This document shows, in pieces, positions 1 to 14,664 of a stretch of 64,000 nt of DNA. Position 1 is the stretch's first letter, and each line of letters starts with the position of its first letter. The notes below the pieces were generated by a model. It saw only the letters and a program-made list of their open reading frames with translations. It was not told where the DNA came from and ran no database searches. Origin of the DNA: Octopus bimaculoides (Eukaryota); assembly GCF_001194135.2 (NCBI RefSeq), contig NC_068990.1, positions 57,862,786-57,926,785 on the forward strand. The letters run 5' to 3'. The position numbers and the translations under genes were made by a program.

Positions 1-41
<41 letters not shown>

Positions 42-128
42 TAGATAGATAGATACATATATATATATATATACATATATATATATGCATGTATATATAT
101 GCATATATATGTGTGCGTGTATATATAT
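1..128. repeat. (TA)n/(ATAG)n compound microsatellite
   Basis: Direct reading: TA dinucleotide run, ATAG units, then degenerate TA/TG. Confidence 0.95.
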
Positions 129-1358
129 TTAAAAGTCTTTGTAAAAATTTCTTGATACAGTTTTACTAAGTATAAAACAGATTTTTTCTTTAGATTATTA
201 TTTTTTAAAAAGAACTTGTAAATTCTTTTTAGAAAGAACTTGTAAATTCTCTATCAGAATGCCACTAACCTTTTGGGAAGAAGTTTCTTTCTAGTATGCG
301 TGAATGCTTTCGATTATCTCTTCAAACCCCCGCGCACGCATACACACATACACACACATACACACACACACATATATAAGATGGAATCTTCGATATATTT
401 TGTCAAAAATAAACAGATACCAGGCCATTTGTAAGGATATATATTTTTTTTGTAATGACGTCTGAGCATTTTGTCCTAAATGTAACATTGTATTTTTATA
501 TTAGTCTATAATTTTCTGTGTTAGTATGGACCTCTGTTCATTTTTAGGGCCTCATACCATAGCTAAACTTATTAGGAAAATTAATAAGTTTATTATTGAG
601 TCATGACCATGAGAACATCTTTTTAAGATGCATCATGTTCACAAAAAATATACGCCTCTTCTTGCTCATTTTACACTCTACCATCTTTAAAAGGTGAAGA
701 AAATGTAAATAAGACAGTTATAGCTGCACAATGCCCGGACGAAAAACGGAATGGTCATAGCTGGAATGTTTTATTCTTATATATTGACTTAGAGTTAACC
801 TGAAGGTAAAGGTGAATAACAATATTTTATGAATAACATAGAATGAAACAGGTAGATTCTGATAACATACTCTACTACTTAGAAGTAGCCAGACTCTTAA
901 GAAAATCATATTTGTTGATGTAAAGTATTCTTTGAGAAGACGATTTACTAAAAGCGTATGTAAATAGAAACGGAGAATACTTGATCATGAAGAGATAGAT
1001 GAAAATAAAATAAAAAATATATACGGTGTCCATGATTTGATTATATGCGTTAAACCTGATAACCTGATTCAGAGACAAACATACTTAAACCAACGCAGTA
1101 ATTTGATGTTCATAATAGAGACTGTAATATTCATTTTTCCAATAGGTTCGAGTTGCATGAGAAAGTCAAAAGAAAAAAAGAAAGAGAAAAAGAAATAACA
1201 CACAGCAACAGAGCGAAAACAGAAAATGCCATCAGCTCAGAGACATAAGATGTATGTGAGCTATTTGTAAATATGAACTGTAGATTAACATTACCATACA
1301 GGCACACAAAACACACACAAACACACACACACACACATATTTGTGTATATATCTACAT

Positions 1359-1365
1359 CGATACC

Positions 1366-1399
<34 letters not shown>

Positions 1400-1852
1400 N
1401 NNNNNNNNNNNNNNNNNNNNNNNNNNNNNNNNNNNNNNNNNNNNNNNNNNNNNNNNNNNNNNNNNNNNNNNNNNNNNNNNNNNNNNNNNNNNNNNNNNNN
1501 NNNNNNNNNNNNNNNNNNNNNNNNNNNNNNNNNNNNNNNNNNNNNNNNNNNNNNNNNNNNNNNNNNNNNNNNNNNNNNNNNNNNNNNNNNNNNNNNNNNN
1601 NNNNNNNNNNNNNNNNNNNNNNNNNNNNNNNNNNNNNNNNNNNNNNNNNNNNNNNNNNNNNNNNNNNNNNNNNNNNNNNNNNNNNNNNNNNNNNNNNNNN
1701 NNNNNNNNNNNNNNNNNNNNNNNNNNNNNNNNNNNNNNNNNNNNNNNNNNNNNNNNNNNNNNNNNNNNNNNNNNNNNNNNNNNNNNNNNNNNNNNNNGTA
1801 TGTATGTATGTATGTATGTATGTATGTATGTATGTATGTATGTATGTATGTA
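1359..1852. repeat. (ATCT)n and (GTAT)n microsatellites flanking an assembly gap (N 1400-1797)
   Basis: Tetranucleotide arrays run into the gap from both sides. Confidence 0.9.
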
Positions 1853-4800
1853 TATAAAATAATAATGCTTCTAAGCAAATATAAAATGTAAAGAAAACTA
1901 GTTTTCATAGCGTGTATGTGAAAGAGATCAACTATTTGTGTATTTTGTGAGAACTCGTCAGTATGTCTTTAAGTATGCATACTTATACACACTTATGTCT
2001 ACGGAAATGTATGTGTCCATGCATGCAATGATCAATACATATTTGTAGTGTATTTAATGTGTGATTTAGAGGATAAGACAGTAATACAAAAATAGGTATG
2101 ATACTACCTTCGCTGAATGAAATGTTTACTTCAACGGTCTCACTGTCAATCAATCAAAGTCTTTGTTTGCCTATCTGCCTGTCTGCGTATAATATCATAT
2201 AGGAAGACTTTAGTTTTCTTTACTAATTATGTGCAGAGTTACTGTGCGTTGGCTCTGTACACATCTGACGATCTAAGTATATATCATTGTTAACTAAACA
2301 AAATTTGAGAATAGAGTTGTTGTTGTGATTCTATTATTTCTACAGTCATAAATCAGTGGATGTATCAATACACTTTGTAAGAGATGTAGCCTCTTACTGC
2401 TGCATTACATTGAAATAATGTTGATCTTTTACATAAAACATTCGTTTTGATTTCCTCTGCAAGCAATGCAGGATTAACACTTCACGCCATGCTTTTATGC
2501 AGTTAGTCAGCTCATAGGAACGGCGACACTATACGAAAAGACAAATTTATGCTGACCAGTAAACACGATAAAACATGCCGTCCACTTAAATGTCATACAA
2601 CTTATACATATATATATATATATGTATATGTATATGTATAAATCCACANNNNNNNNNNNNNNNNNNNNNNNNNNNNNNNNNNNNNNNNNNNNNNNNNNNN
2701 NNNNNNNNNNNNNNNNNNNNNNNNNNNNNNNNNNNNNNNNNNNNNNNNNNNNNNNNNNNNNNNNNNNNNNNNNNNNNNNNNNNNNNNNNNNNNNNNNNNN
2801 NNNNNNNNNNNNNNNNNNNNNNNNNNNNNNNNNNNNNNNNNNNNNNNNNNNNNNNNNNNNNNNNNNNNNNNNNNATTAGGCATTGCTGTACACTATAATG
2901 CCTGCCCCTGAAATAAGAATTTATAATTTTATTCTAAGAAGGTACAGTGAAACAAAAGCAAAACAAATAAACAAACACAAAACAAAACTAAATAATATAT
3001 CACGAATTAGCTTGTGCAGATGAGGCACAATAACGTTGAGCTAGTTCTATCTACAAAGAATGCAAATATTGTATTTTATAGAAAATTAAGTAAAAGTATG
3101 GTGTATTTTATTTAATCAAAGTGAATGAATAAATTTCCATTGACACCATCTTCCCCTATAAAGAAACGGAGCAACTAAGAAGAAACGAGTTGACAATAGA
3201 ACAACCAATCCTTCTTCACAAAGAGAAGTCCCCCCCCCCCATAAAACATACAGAATCATCAACAATTTACAGTAAATGAGAAAAAGGAGGACCTGATTAA
3301 AGATGAGTTAATCTACGTTCATTTTTTAATTGAATTTTATCAATCATGGAACTGCTCCTGAGCAACAATGGCAAAAATTAATCACAACAAGAATGAATTT
3401 CTAAGATAGCATACTGGCAAAATTATTGTTGAAAACTCCATGCACCTGCAACTGTAGAACTACATAATTAATTTGTTTCCACAGCAATGTGGTAGAAGAA
3501 TAGTAACTCTCCACAAAAGGGGATAAAGATTTAGGTTAATTATGTTTCAGCACATGAAGGTGTTAGTTGGTAAGATCAGTAGAGTAACAGTTAACTATTT
3601 GTAATATCTAGTGATGCTCCTTAACGTTCTGAGATCAAATCTTGTCTAGGCCGAATTTACAGGATGAAATCGAGCATAACGTCAGAGAAATTCATCACTT
3701 TCTTCCTGTGCGAGAAAACAAAATGGTTCGAAGTGGTAAAGTACAATTGACTAAATAACATGCAATACTTGTTCCGAATTTACTTATAGGGTCCAGTCGG
3801 AATTTACCAAGAACTGGGTGAGACAAAATCGATTACAAAACACCCTAATAATTTATGTCCAAAATTTATATATATTTCCTTAACGTTAGATGACAAGTTG
3901 GTGCTAAACATTTGAATACCGGACTAACGATATTATATTTCTTAATTCTGTTTTCAGATTCCGCCATGATCAATTTTGCCCTTCCATCTTTCATGGATTG
4001 ATAGAGTAACAGTTAGTTTTACACTAGAGTTGACTCTATTGGCTCTATACGTTTCCTTGAGAAATTGGCCATGTTCTGAGAGAATGACAATAAAAAAGGA
4101 GAATGCATCTTCTTGTGGACTTGTTAGAGTTACGTGAAATTACTGACAGAAAGTAATATATAAAACAGTCTACCAGAAACAGTATATAATTTAATATCTT
4201 CTCAAATGTATTTACCATGTCTACAGCGCACTAAATGAGAGTAATTTGAAACATGTTCACTATTAGAAGCAACCAAAATATTTTTGGTAGATTCTATATG
4301 CCAACCGTTTATGCTTGTGTAATTAAGGAAATAACAATGCACTGTCGTTGTTCTAGTTTACACCGGATCATTTCATTTATGACAAAGCCGTCTTTTGTTC
4401 TGCCATAGAATATCTAGGGTCACATCTGAGTATGTTCTCCTTTTAAAGACCAGCTAATGTAATGTGAGTAAAATTTACCTAGTGGAGGCTTCCACGACTG
4501 CCTGAAAAAAATTACAGCAATGTCTACATAACTATGAAAATGTGAGTGATCTAAGGGTGAATCAATGAGGCTCTCGATCATAAGATTGTAAGCTTAATTC
4601 CATTGAGTAACACGCTTTATTTCATATTGCTTCATTGTACTCAGAGGCAAAACTGTGGTCTGAGACTAAATATATGTACAATCGGCGTCAAGTTAGGGTA
4701 GCATCGTTAATGAGTGAGGAGTAAGAACAAAACCTTTCAAGTACAGTAGCAGACTACCTTACTCTTTCTTAGCATGATTATAAATATCCTTCATGTCCTT

Positions 4801-7786
4801 AATTATTCTCGCACTTTGTTCCACCAATGCAACAACGTTGGCTGCTATCATTCCTTGATGATCACCCATAGCTTATTTGTTAGAACATTTTCATCGGTAT
4901 TAACCTTTCATACAGTTGTATTCTTAACACTCATTCGTACATATGCTAACCGAGAATTTTAGATTGTTACACTCATTTGTAATTGATTTCAGTTTTTTTC
5001 ATACTGTTATGAGTGTTGTTGATTCAATGTTATAACGATATGAGGAATCACGATGAAGTTTAAGAATTTCCAGAGATGTTTCTAGCGTGTCCTTCAAACA
5101 CATTTCTGTCGTGTGATCGTTTCACTTATGTCGATATGCTTAATAGTATTTTCTTTATTAAGCGTTTATATTCTGTTGTGAAAAGGTGATTTTTCTTCAG
5201 AACTATACTGGATGCTAGCATAAATGAAGAAAATAGGACTTCACTGCACAGGATTACATTGACGGCAGCGTTCTAAGTTTGTCTTTTTGTGCTAACGTCG
5301 ATTGGTTTTGTATGACAGTATTTCATCATTTGCTGCCGCCCTTCATCATTGGCCATACACAATAAAGACAAAGTTAAGAAAGCAAAGCGATGCACAAACA
5401 TACTTAGAACTTTCATACAGACGACATTTGTCCATCAAACTAAAACAATATCGACAGTATTGTATACGTTAGGTCCATCATGGACTATATTATTCTTTCA
5501 TTGCACAAACGTTTTATTTATTCTTCAAATAATTCTTCAAATAATTCACTTTGAGAGAAATGTGGTAACAGCTAGTTTATTTGTGTTCTTCGACGGCAAA
5601 GAAAACATTTTATGTTACTCGCTTTTCCTAACTAACATCGTTTATTCAACACCATTGCAACAGTATATGAGACGCTGTTCTCTTTCGTTCCATTCATTTA
5701 AGAAGGTGAAAGTATTGCAACTGATCTAATATATTTCACTGGACTAACTGGTCGAAAAAGGTTTTACAAAATGAAGTAATCTCTCTATTTTTCATTTTGT
5801 TATTATCAATGTTAAAATATTGATGCTAATGAAAAAAATGAAAGTTTTGTTGTAATTTCCGTTGGTGAATTTTATAGTTAACAAACCAAGAACTGATGAA
5901 GAAAATTATGAATTTTTGTATGCGATGTCACGTATTCAATAAAATCGGTGGGTCCTGGTTTGTTGACCTCTGAACAAGAAACATAACAAATTAACTCTTT
6001 ATGTTCTCTCACTCTGCTCACATTAATTACGTTATTTGTTTAACCAACTTCTGTGTCTGACTATGAACTCTGCTGAACTATATTTCACTACATTACTGAT
6101 TCTCATTGTATTACTGGAATATTTTTTACTGTTTTCAGTTATTTGACTACAGCCATCCTATGGTACACTCTCTAGAAGTAAAATAGATTACATTTATCCG
6201 GTAATGTCATTGTTACTTATTTTAACAGAATAGAATTTTTCAAAACACTAAGTCCACCAGGAGGAGAATATGAAATCAGAACGAAAATGGATGCAGTGCA
6301 TCATGACAAATCATTTTGATCGGGACTGCAAAGGCCTTTACGTCTGACCAGCAGTGGTAAACACAAACAAGATCAATGTGTGAAATTTTGTCTTAATTCT
6401 TTCGCAATTAGAAATACATAATTATTAGACATTATTTTTGACAAGATTATATAAATAATTATAATAAATATAAATATAGTTTACAAAATATAATTTCAGG
6501 AAAAGTTGAACTTATCTTAAAAAGTTCGTGAGTAAACAGACTTTTCTGAATTATTCAGTCATTTAATGTAATGTATTGACTACTACTGGTTAGTGAGAGC
6601 ACGGTCGATGTCTAATATTTCTAGCTCTAATCTTTGTCTAATTTATCAGTCATTCTAATATCTTCTGTTCGTTTCTGCATACGTCAAAACAGCCATCGAC
6701 TCTGACCATCTGGAATACTTCTTTTCAAGTATATCCTAATAATTCTACGTTAATACACAAGACTACTGAAGATAGGATAACAATGGTTTGCAAAGAATAG
6801 GATATAACGGAGTAGGAGTCCTAAACAAGAAAGAGAGAAAGAGTGTGCATGTGTACGTGTGTGTAAGAGGAGAGAAAGAAAGAGAGCGGCGAGAAAAGCA
6901 AGAAATAGGCAAAGATGAGTTGCATCAATTGAAAGGATTAAAACTAGAATAAGAGTCGATATTATATAATGTTGTGGATTAATAACTACTTAGTCTTTCC
7001 TTTCAGTGACACAGAACTTACGTAAATTGGTGTGTCATAATCTCTATCCTGCCCACTTTCAATAGCTTTTCAGCTGTCACGTTACAGACAAACGAATCTG
7101 TCATAACCTTGTGTTACCTCACTAAACTAAGGAACACAGTGTTGTTGTTTTTTTTTTTTAATGATGGGTGATGAGTTTCTGTCTAGTTGTTGGCCCTCTG
7201 TTGTGCCCTACGTAATGAATGAAACAATATCCCAGCGGTAACATAATTACACAGTGGGAGAGTAACGACCAAACTGATTACATGCCAGTCGTTTGTTACA
7301 TCACAAGTTCAAGATCTCATCAGAATGGAAAGTAAGCATTTTATTTTATCAATCTTTTAAATTTATAGGTTAAATATGGCGTTACGTAAAGGCTTCTTTC
7401 TAACTTAATAGTAATGCAAATGAACGCACATACTTTCAACAACAGAGTTTTGTATTTGCACAAAATTTCCTCTCAACGTTTATCTTTCCAAATAGCTTTT
7501 CCTCGAGACAAGAGAAAAAGGAGAAAAAGCAAGGACACTACAACCAGTTTTGACCTGCTTGACTGATCAAAACTTTATCGAATCGGGCTCGTGGACATCA
7601 TCAAGCTTGCAACAGACGTGGAAATACCCGCTCAGTAAACAGAACGAGAAGCCAAAAAGAAGATATATACACACCCCACACACCCCACACACCTCCACAC
7701 ACCTCCACACACATATATATATACAATGAGCTTTTATCAGTTTTATATACGTAAATATATTATATACATATATACACACACATACA

Positions 7787-7821
<35 letters not shown>

Positions 7822-8094
7822 CAAGGAGTGCTGCATCCACCATGGCCTCTCCTCGTGCCTGTACTAGCTCCTTGTAATATGTGATCAGATCTAACAGACG
7901 AGAGAGTGGCCCGCACTTCGGACTCAATGATGATTTTGCCAAAAAATGGAATCTACAATAACACCAGAACTATAGAATTATTAGCTTGGTATGCATATCA
8001 GATTGTTTTTTTAATTTTTATTATGATCCCTATACTCTAAAAATTACAAATCTGTTATAAAAACTCATCTGGCATTTATCAAATTAATATATTG

Positions 8095-8326
8095 GTATCA
8101 AATTCTGGTACAAGGCCAGCAAGTTCAGGGGAGTGGGTGAGTCGATTATATCGAGCACAGCACTAAACTGATACTTATTTTATTGACCCTCGAGAGGATA
8201 AAAGGCAAAGTTGAACTCATCAGAATTTGAAATCATTTCAAATTCTGACGAGCGCAACTTTGCCTTTGCCAATGTGAAGATGAACGAAATGCCGCTAAGT
8301 AATTTTGCCCGGCGTGCTAACGATTC
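8095..8326 (-). mobile_element. tRNA-derived SINE family A, diverged copy with an internal inverted duplication
   Basis: Matches the other family A copies (AAAGGCAAAGT..., GAAATGCCGCTAAG, GGCGTGCTAACGATTCT). Carries a palindrome at 8201-8267. Confidence 0.8.
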
Positions 8327-8488
8327 TTATTTCTTTATTGCCCACAAGCGGCTAAACATAGAGGGGACAAACAAGGACAGACAAAGGGATTAAGCCGATT
8401 ACATCGACCCCAGTGCGTAACTGGTACTTAATTTATCGACCCCCGAAAGGATGAAAGGCAAAGTCGACCTCGGCGGAATTTGAACTTG
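8327..8488 (-). mobile_element. SINE family A, tail variant A2, 5'-truncated
   Basis: Near-identical to 35922-36150, including the alternative tail AAACATAGAGGGGACAAACAAGGACAGACAAAGGGATTAAG. Confidence 0.9.
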
Positions 8489-9463
8489 GCGATTTTTTTT
8501 GCTTTTCATGTTTTACCGGTTTTACTGTGTCTATTGTATTTGAGCTGCATAGTCAAGTGCTGAGATAGCTTGATTAAATACTCCGTTTAGATTTCAAATC
8601 CTCGCGACGAAACGAAACTTCTACCAGGACATAAAATTACAGCGTTTATAATTTACTGTGATCCAGTCTTTTCTATGTGACTCCCTGCTTATGTTTTTAC
8701 ATGCAAGGTAGCTGTAACTCATGCACAAGTATGACCATCATTGACAAATTATCTTCTCCTAGATGTTAAAGAGAGTGGCTGTCAGCAATGCCCTGAAATG
8801 AAAAGTCAATAACAGTTTGCACAACACCGCAAAGATTCTCATCTGCAAACCAAGATTTCTGGCTTTGCTAGAGGTGGGGGTGGGAGCGATGTTATTTCGG
8901 CACTTCCTTCTCCTAGAAGGACGTTAAAAAAAAAAACTAGGGGTGTCTCACGACCAGCTGTTGCATGGTCATTCACTGCACTAAATTCATCTCTCCTTTG
9001 ATTGATTTTGTTTTTTGTCAAGCGGAGTGTCCATCGAAAACCAACATCCTTACCCAGCAAGTTTAGTAGAGTTGTAATTTAGTCACCGACAGTCCGACTA
9101 TGCTACTGTGTTACATGTTACCTTTAGCACCAAGTGTGCCCTACCATGATATAGATTCACACTCACACATACAACACATCTTTGCCTCAAAATATTGAAC
9201 GCTATTTTTTTAAAACTTAGATATTTGGCCAACTGACGTCATAAATGAGGTGTAAATGCAGAAAATTTAATTAGATCTCATTACCAACCTTATTTAAACG
9301 ATCTTGAGAGAATGTAATACTGTTGATTTCGATGTAAAAGGATTCAAATCCTAAAGAGAAGTGAACAAACATCCACTGGCATTCTTCCTTGCATTCTACG
9401 ATCTCTGCCAATCCTCGACCATTCTAAATTGTTCAATGTTATATTTTTAGCGTAAATATTATA

Positions 9464-9676
9464 ATCCTTTCTACTAAAGGAACAAGGACTGAAATTTTTA
9501 TGGGGGAGAGGAGACTAGTGGATTATATCGATCCAAGTGTTTCACTAGTACTTAAATTATTGACCCTGAGAGGATGAAATACAAAGTCGTCCCCGGAGGG
9601 AATTTGAACTCAGAACGTAAAGACGGACGAAATGCCGCTAAGTACTTTGCCTGGCGTGCTAACGATTCTGCCGTCA
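9464..9676 (-). mobile_element. SINE family A with 17-bp TSD
   Basis: Family A body. Flanking direct repeats TTAG(C/T)GTAAATATTATA at 9447-9463 and 9677-9693. Confidence 0.9.
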
Positions 9677-10383
9677 TTAGTGTAAATATTATATTGACTT
9701 AATGTTAAAAAAAACCCAACTCCAACCACTATGTCTTCCCACCGACTTTTCTGTATCGTAAAATATAAAGTAGATGTATGTATTTATGCCTGTATCAATG
9801 TTTGTTCCAAGTTGTAGGCTTCAATTTTGGAATTTTTCAAGGGGAAGGCCATAGGGTTATTTGACCTTTTATAATACTCGGTATAAAGGAATTGCTTAAA
9901 TGCAACAAATATGAGTGAATCAACATTTCCACACCATCAGATTGTAAACATCCTTGAAAAACCATTTATCAAAATCGGCGAACTCGGATGACTGTATGTA
10001 TTTTAGCTATTGATAAACACGAATAGGGACAGGAAATGCTGTTGTAATTTATGCTCATACGTCATGATGCTCTAAGTATAAGAAAATTGTTCATAGTTTC
10101 GACGTCATTTGATTGTTGTGAATCATAATTTCATTGACATCTTTATGACATTTAAAAACAGTGAAAAGATTTAGTTCGGAATGAAATACAGCACTAAGGA
10201 TATAACAGTACAATCTTGCAAAATCATTAAAAAATGGCTACGAAAGGCCGAGCAAAAGAACAGAGGGAAAACGCAAGTAAAGTTATTTCGGTTTCTCTGA
10301 AAATAATCCTTTACAATCCATAAGAAAATTAGCAAACTATTAAAATGAGTTTCTTTATTTATGAAACCGTGGAGAATTGCTCT

Positions 10384-10482
10384 CAAATTTTTTATGGGGG
10401 AGAGGAGATTAGTCGATTATATCGATCCCAGTGTTTCACTGGTGGTTAATTTATCGACCCTGAAAGAGTGAAAGACAAATTC
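10384..10482 (-). mobile_element. SINE family A fragment (3' half)
   Basis: Similar to 9490-9590 (ATGGGGGAGAGGAGA..AGT.GATTATATCGATCC.AGTGTTTCACT). Confidence 0.75.
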
Positions 10483-10514
10483 GTTCAACAGCTAACACAA
10501 GTTTACATTCTAAT

Positions 10515-10710
10515 TTTTTCTAATCTTGGCACAAAGCCAGCAATTTGAGATGAGGGAGCAAGGCGATTACATTGACGCCAGTACATAACTGGTACGTTAA
10601 TTTATTGACCTCGAAAAGAGGAAAGGTACAGTTCTCCTCGGCGGTATTTGAACTCAGAATGTAACATCAAATGAAATGCATTTTGTCCGGCGTGCTCTCG
10701 ATTCTGCGAA
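10515..10710 (-). mobile_element. SINE family A, diverged copy
   Basis: GGCACAAAGCCAGCAATTT tail; CTCGGCGGTATTTGAACTCAGAATGTAA B-box region. Confidence 0.75.
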
Positions 10711-11171
10711 CCTTACAAATTTTATCTACATCTAATTAATACCGCATACCCGAAACGAGGCCAGACGCGAGCTAAACCGCTGTATATGACTATATACAAA
10801 ATGGTGTGAGAACCATGTGCTGGGTGTTCCAACGTTTTATACCACGGAAAAAATTCAAATATGAATGACAAGCAGCCCAAACAAACATACATACGGTATG
10901 TGTTTTGCCAGATCGTGGACAGGCTCCGATTTATAGGCGTAAAAGGACATATTCTCACCAATTGCACCCTAAGTGTTTTAACACTTGTGTATGACATTGA
11001 CTTTCAGGTGTTTTAACACCCGGCACTTTGAGAGGGTCACCACTATCGCATCGAATCACAGCCAACCAGCAAACAAACAAAAACATATATTATGTGTGTA
11101 TTCGATAAAGTTTACAACACTCACACTGCTTCCAATTCATATTTAAATATATATATATATATGTGTGTGTA

Positions 11172-11214
<43 letters not shown>

Positions 11215-12764
11215 ATATGTGTATAGTGAGACAGAGAAAGTAATAGTGAAAATAGGGTGTGTAAAATAATGATGATCTTTATAAATAGGTATGTTTGGAG
11301 GTGAGCATTATGCATACTAAGTACATGTACGATCAAGAGTCACGTTTGTCATATAATGGGTTGAAACACTTCGACCAAATGATATTATCCAGGTAATTTG
11401 TAGAGAAAATCTCCCTTTAGTGATGCTTGAAATCTGAAAGCAATAAACCAATGTGATAATTCTAACAAAATCGCTCAATCTCGCTTGTTTTTAGAATTTC
11501 AACAGCCTTGGAATGAATTTTGTCTACGACATGTTTAGATAATCTCAGTCGATGAAATTTTGCAAATCACTGTATTAAATATGTGAGACCATATCGTACT
11601 TGAAATCGATAGAGAGTCACTAATAATATTCTATGTTTAGTCGCCATAGATATAAACATCCTTCGCCACTTCATTATTTGTAATCATCTTTGAATCTGAA
11701 CTGAACTTTATATGATTGCGAAGTAAAGTATTCTACGTACAAAGCACGCTACTTTGCGTTACTAGTCATTGTCTTCCTCTGGGTCAAGCACCCAAAAGCC
11801 GTTTTAGAATCCTCACTATAGAATTTAACCTAATCCATTATTTATTATTAAAGCTGATAGTCTTAATTGATTATCGGTCATTTTTCCTTTAAATTTCCTG
11901 ATATTAGAAAATACCTCCTCAAATACTCATTCAAAATTATGTGTATTATATATATTTTCTGTCTTTATGCAGTATGAATCATTGCCAAAAGAAACTAAGT
12001 TATAATAATAGCCGTGGAATATTATCAGTATTTTATACAGCAAGCCTTTATTTATAAAGAAATCTAGTTCAATCATTACCAATAATCTCACCCCTTGGGT
12101 TAAAGTTCTGTCGCTAGAAAAGGCCGTAGTCTTTTTTTCCCATTACTGCAAATACGGGTCACGTTTCAGATATGCTAACGTGAACATCATTTCGACCACT
12201 TTCCACATCAAATCAGACCATTATTGAATATCAACTTAACATAGATTTTTCATTATTCTCACTGCATCCATCAATTTCTTGTCTTTTTTCCCCATCTCGA
12301 AAGCACATTAAAACACAGACAAGCACACAATGAGTATCTCATTTTATTTGCTTTTAACTCAATCTTCGTCTGTTAGGAATATTCATTTGTATTTATATGT
12401 GCCACATTGTTGACCCATATTTTCTTTGAGACTAGCTTCCTCTGCTTCTTACGAAGTTCAGTTTTCGTCATAAATGGCTAAAGAATTATCCCACCATAAT
12501 TTTATCACATCTTTATTCTCATTACTTTTAAAGAGAAATCCGCAATGAATTCGTATAAGTTTTTAGCAAACAGCAAAAGTATGAACAAGATAAATTGAAC
12601 AATAAATCGTACAAGATTTGTTAGGAACAGTGAAGCTTAGCAATAATGATGCGAAATGAGATTATGTAAAAGCAGGTAGTGAAAGGTTATAGAAAAGGGG
12701 AAATATAATAATATAATATATTTTTAAAATATCCTGACGTTAACCCATATTAGAAAGTAGAGAA

Positions 12765-12798
12765 ATTACACACACACACACAGCCACACACACACAGA

Positions 12799-12837
<39 letters not shown>

Positions 12838-12913
12838 ACACACACACATACACACACACACAGAGAGGAAAACTCACATACACGTACACTCACATAAACA
12901 TATACATATATAC

Positions 12914-12945
<32 letters not shown>

Positions 12946-13110
12946 ATGTATTTATATGCATGTGTGAGTTGGTCTGTGCATGTGTGTGTGTGTTGATCTG
13001 TATATATATCCATATATATATATATCCATCTCTATACATGTGTGTGTGTTTGTTAGTATATATACATACATACACACGCATATACAGATGTCAGTCTGTA
13101 TGTATGTACG

Positions 13111-13142
<32 letters not shown>

Positions 13143-13145
13143 CAT
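12765..13145. repeat. Compound (CA)n/(TA)n/(TG)n/(TATG)n microsatellite
   Basis: Direct reading. Explains the overlapping HT/CV/YI ORFs. Confidence 0.95.
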
Positions 13146-13636
13146 GTAAATCCAATGTATAATCAAGCCAAACAGGTGAGATGCTGTCGAGGTTAGAAGT
13201 TCAGGTAAAGCATCTAAAACAGATGGACGTTTATATTAAATTTGAAAGATAACTGAATGCACACTCATGTGTTTATTTGGCAAAATATATGTATGTGTGT
13301 TGGTCAATGACCTCAGAAGCACTTATCCATTGACAGAGATAAACTAACTGATATCTAGTATATTTTACAGACTTATTGCAACTTATTGTACCGAACAGGA
13401 AAAAAAAAAAAAGTAAAATCTACATCATTCGTACTGCTTCTAATAGCAATAATACATAGAGGACACATAAAAACGCACATATACATATGTACACACGTGT
13501 GCACACACACACACATTCACACGCACGCACACACAATTTAACAAAACCATTAAATTATGCCTATTTCGGTCTGATGTGATGCAGTTGATAACTTGTTGAG
13601 AACATGCAAACAAGATTATCTCAGCAAACTGTTCCC

Positions 13637-13784
13637 CGGCTCCGTGGTAAGAAGTTTGCTTCCCAACCACATGATTCTGGGTTCAGTCTCACTGCGTGAC
13701 ACATCGGGCAATTCTCCTCTACTATAGCTGACCAAAGCCTTGTGAGTGGATATCGTAGACGGAATCTGAAAGAAGCCCGTTGTA

Positions 13785-13823
<39 letters not shown>
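13637..13823 (+). mobile_element. SINE family B (tRNA head + CORE-like segment), 5' half running into (TA)n and a gap
   Basis: GTGGTAAGAAGTTTGCTTCCCAACCACATG..GGGTTCAGTCTCACTGCGTG..GACCAAAGCCTTGTGAGTGGAT..GAAAGAAGCCCGTTGTATATATG. Matches 54303-54460. Confidence 0.85.
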
Positions 13824-14464
13824 NNNNNNNNNNNNNNNNNNNNNNNNNNNNNNNNNNNNNNNNNNNNNNNNNNNNNNNNNNNNNNNNNNNNNNNNNNNNN
13901 NNNNNNNNNNNNNNNNNNNNNNNNNNNNNNNNNNNNNNNNNNNNNNNNNNNNNNNNNNNNNNNNNNNNNNNNNNNNNNNNNNNNNNNNNNNNNNNNNNNN
14001 NNNNNNNNNNNNNNNNNNNNNNNNNNNNNNNNNNNNNNNNNNNNNNNNNNNNNNNNNNNNNNNNNNNNNNNNNNNNNNNNNNNNNNNNNNNNNNNNNNNN
14101 NNNNNNNNNNNNNNNNNNNNNNNNNNNNNNNNNNNNNNNNNNNNNNNNNNNNNNNNNNNNNNNNNNNNNNNNNNNNNNNNNNNNNNNNNNNNNNNNNNNN
14201 NNNNNNNNNNNNNNNNNNNNNNNNNNNNNNNNNNNNNNNNNNNNNNNNNNNNNNNNNNNNNNNNNNNNNNNNNNNNNNATGTATATATATATATAATCCA
14301 AGAGAGTTAGGGGTTGTGAATCCAATCCACTAAGGGATAATATGTATCCAATAGGTTAATTAACACAGTACAGTTTCTACAAGTTGAAGAGTATCACATA
14401 TTCTCCTCCATTTTCTTATTGCTCTATACATATATATATATGTGTGTGTGTTTGTGTGTGTGTA

Positions 14465-14504
<40 letters not shown>

Positions 14505-14520
14505 TATATGCAAGTATATT

Positions 14521-14663
14521 TATACAGGGGGGGGGAGTATTCGAAGACTTATTTTGTAATTAAAACAAATATAATCTTTGAAAAGAGAAATGAATTAATT
14601 TGCACGAAGAGAGTAATATACGGATAGTGAAATGCCTTCAAGAACTCCTCGATAACCGGTATA
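14521..14663. mobile_element. Possible degenerate Tc1/mariner-type MITE
   Basis: Ends TATACAGGGG..GGAGTATTCGAAGAC and the reverse complement of GCCTTCAAGAACTCCTCGATAACCGGTATA are loosely similar; TA flanks. Confidence 0.3.
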
Positions 14664-14664
14664 T

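Noticed and set aside
7255-7337. Possible 77-nt exon (ACAG|TGGGAG...GGAAA|GTAAGC), open frame WESNDQTDYMPVVCYITSSRSHQNGK
   Set aside because: Weak acceptor, no recognisable homology and no partner exons. Such signals arise by chance without RNA evidence.
7835-7877. Perfect Kozak context CCACCATGG
   Set aside because: The ORF is only 11 codons (MASPRACTSSL), with no convincing donor site.
8748-8812. Good acceptor TTATCTTCTCCTAG followed by CxxC-like CQQC
   Set aside because: All three frames stop within about 50 nt, and there is no supporting context.
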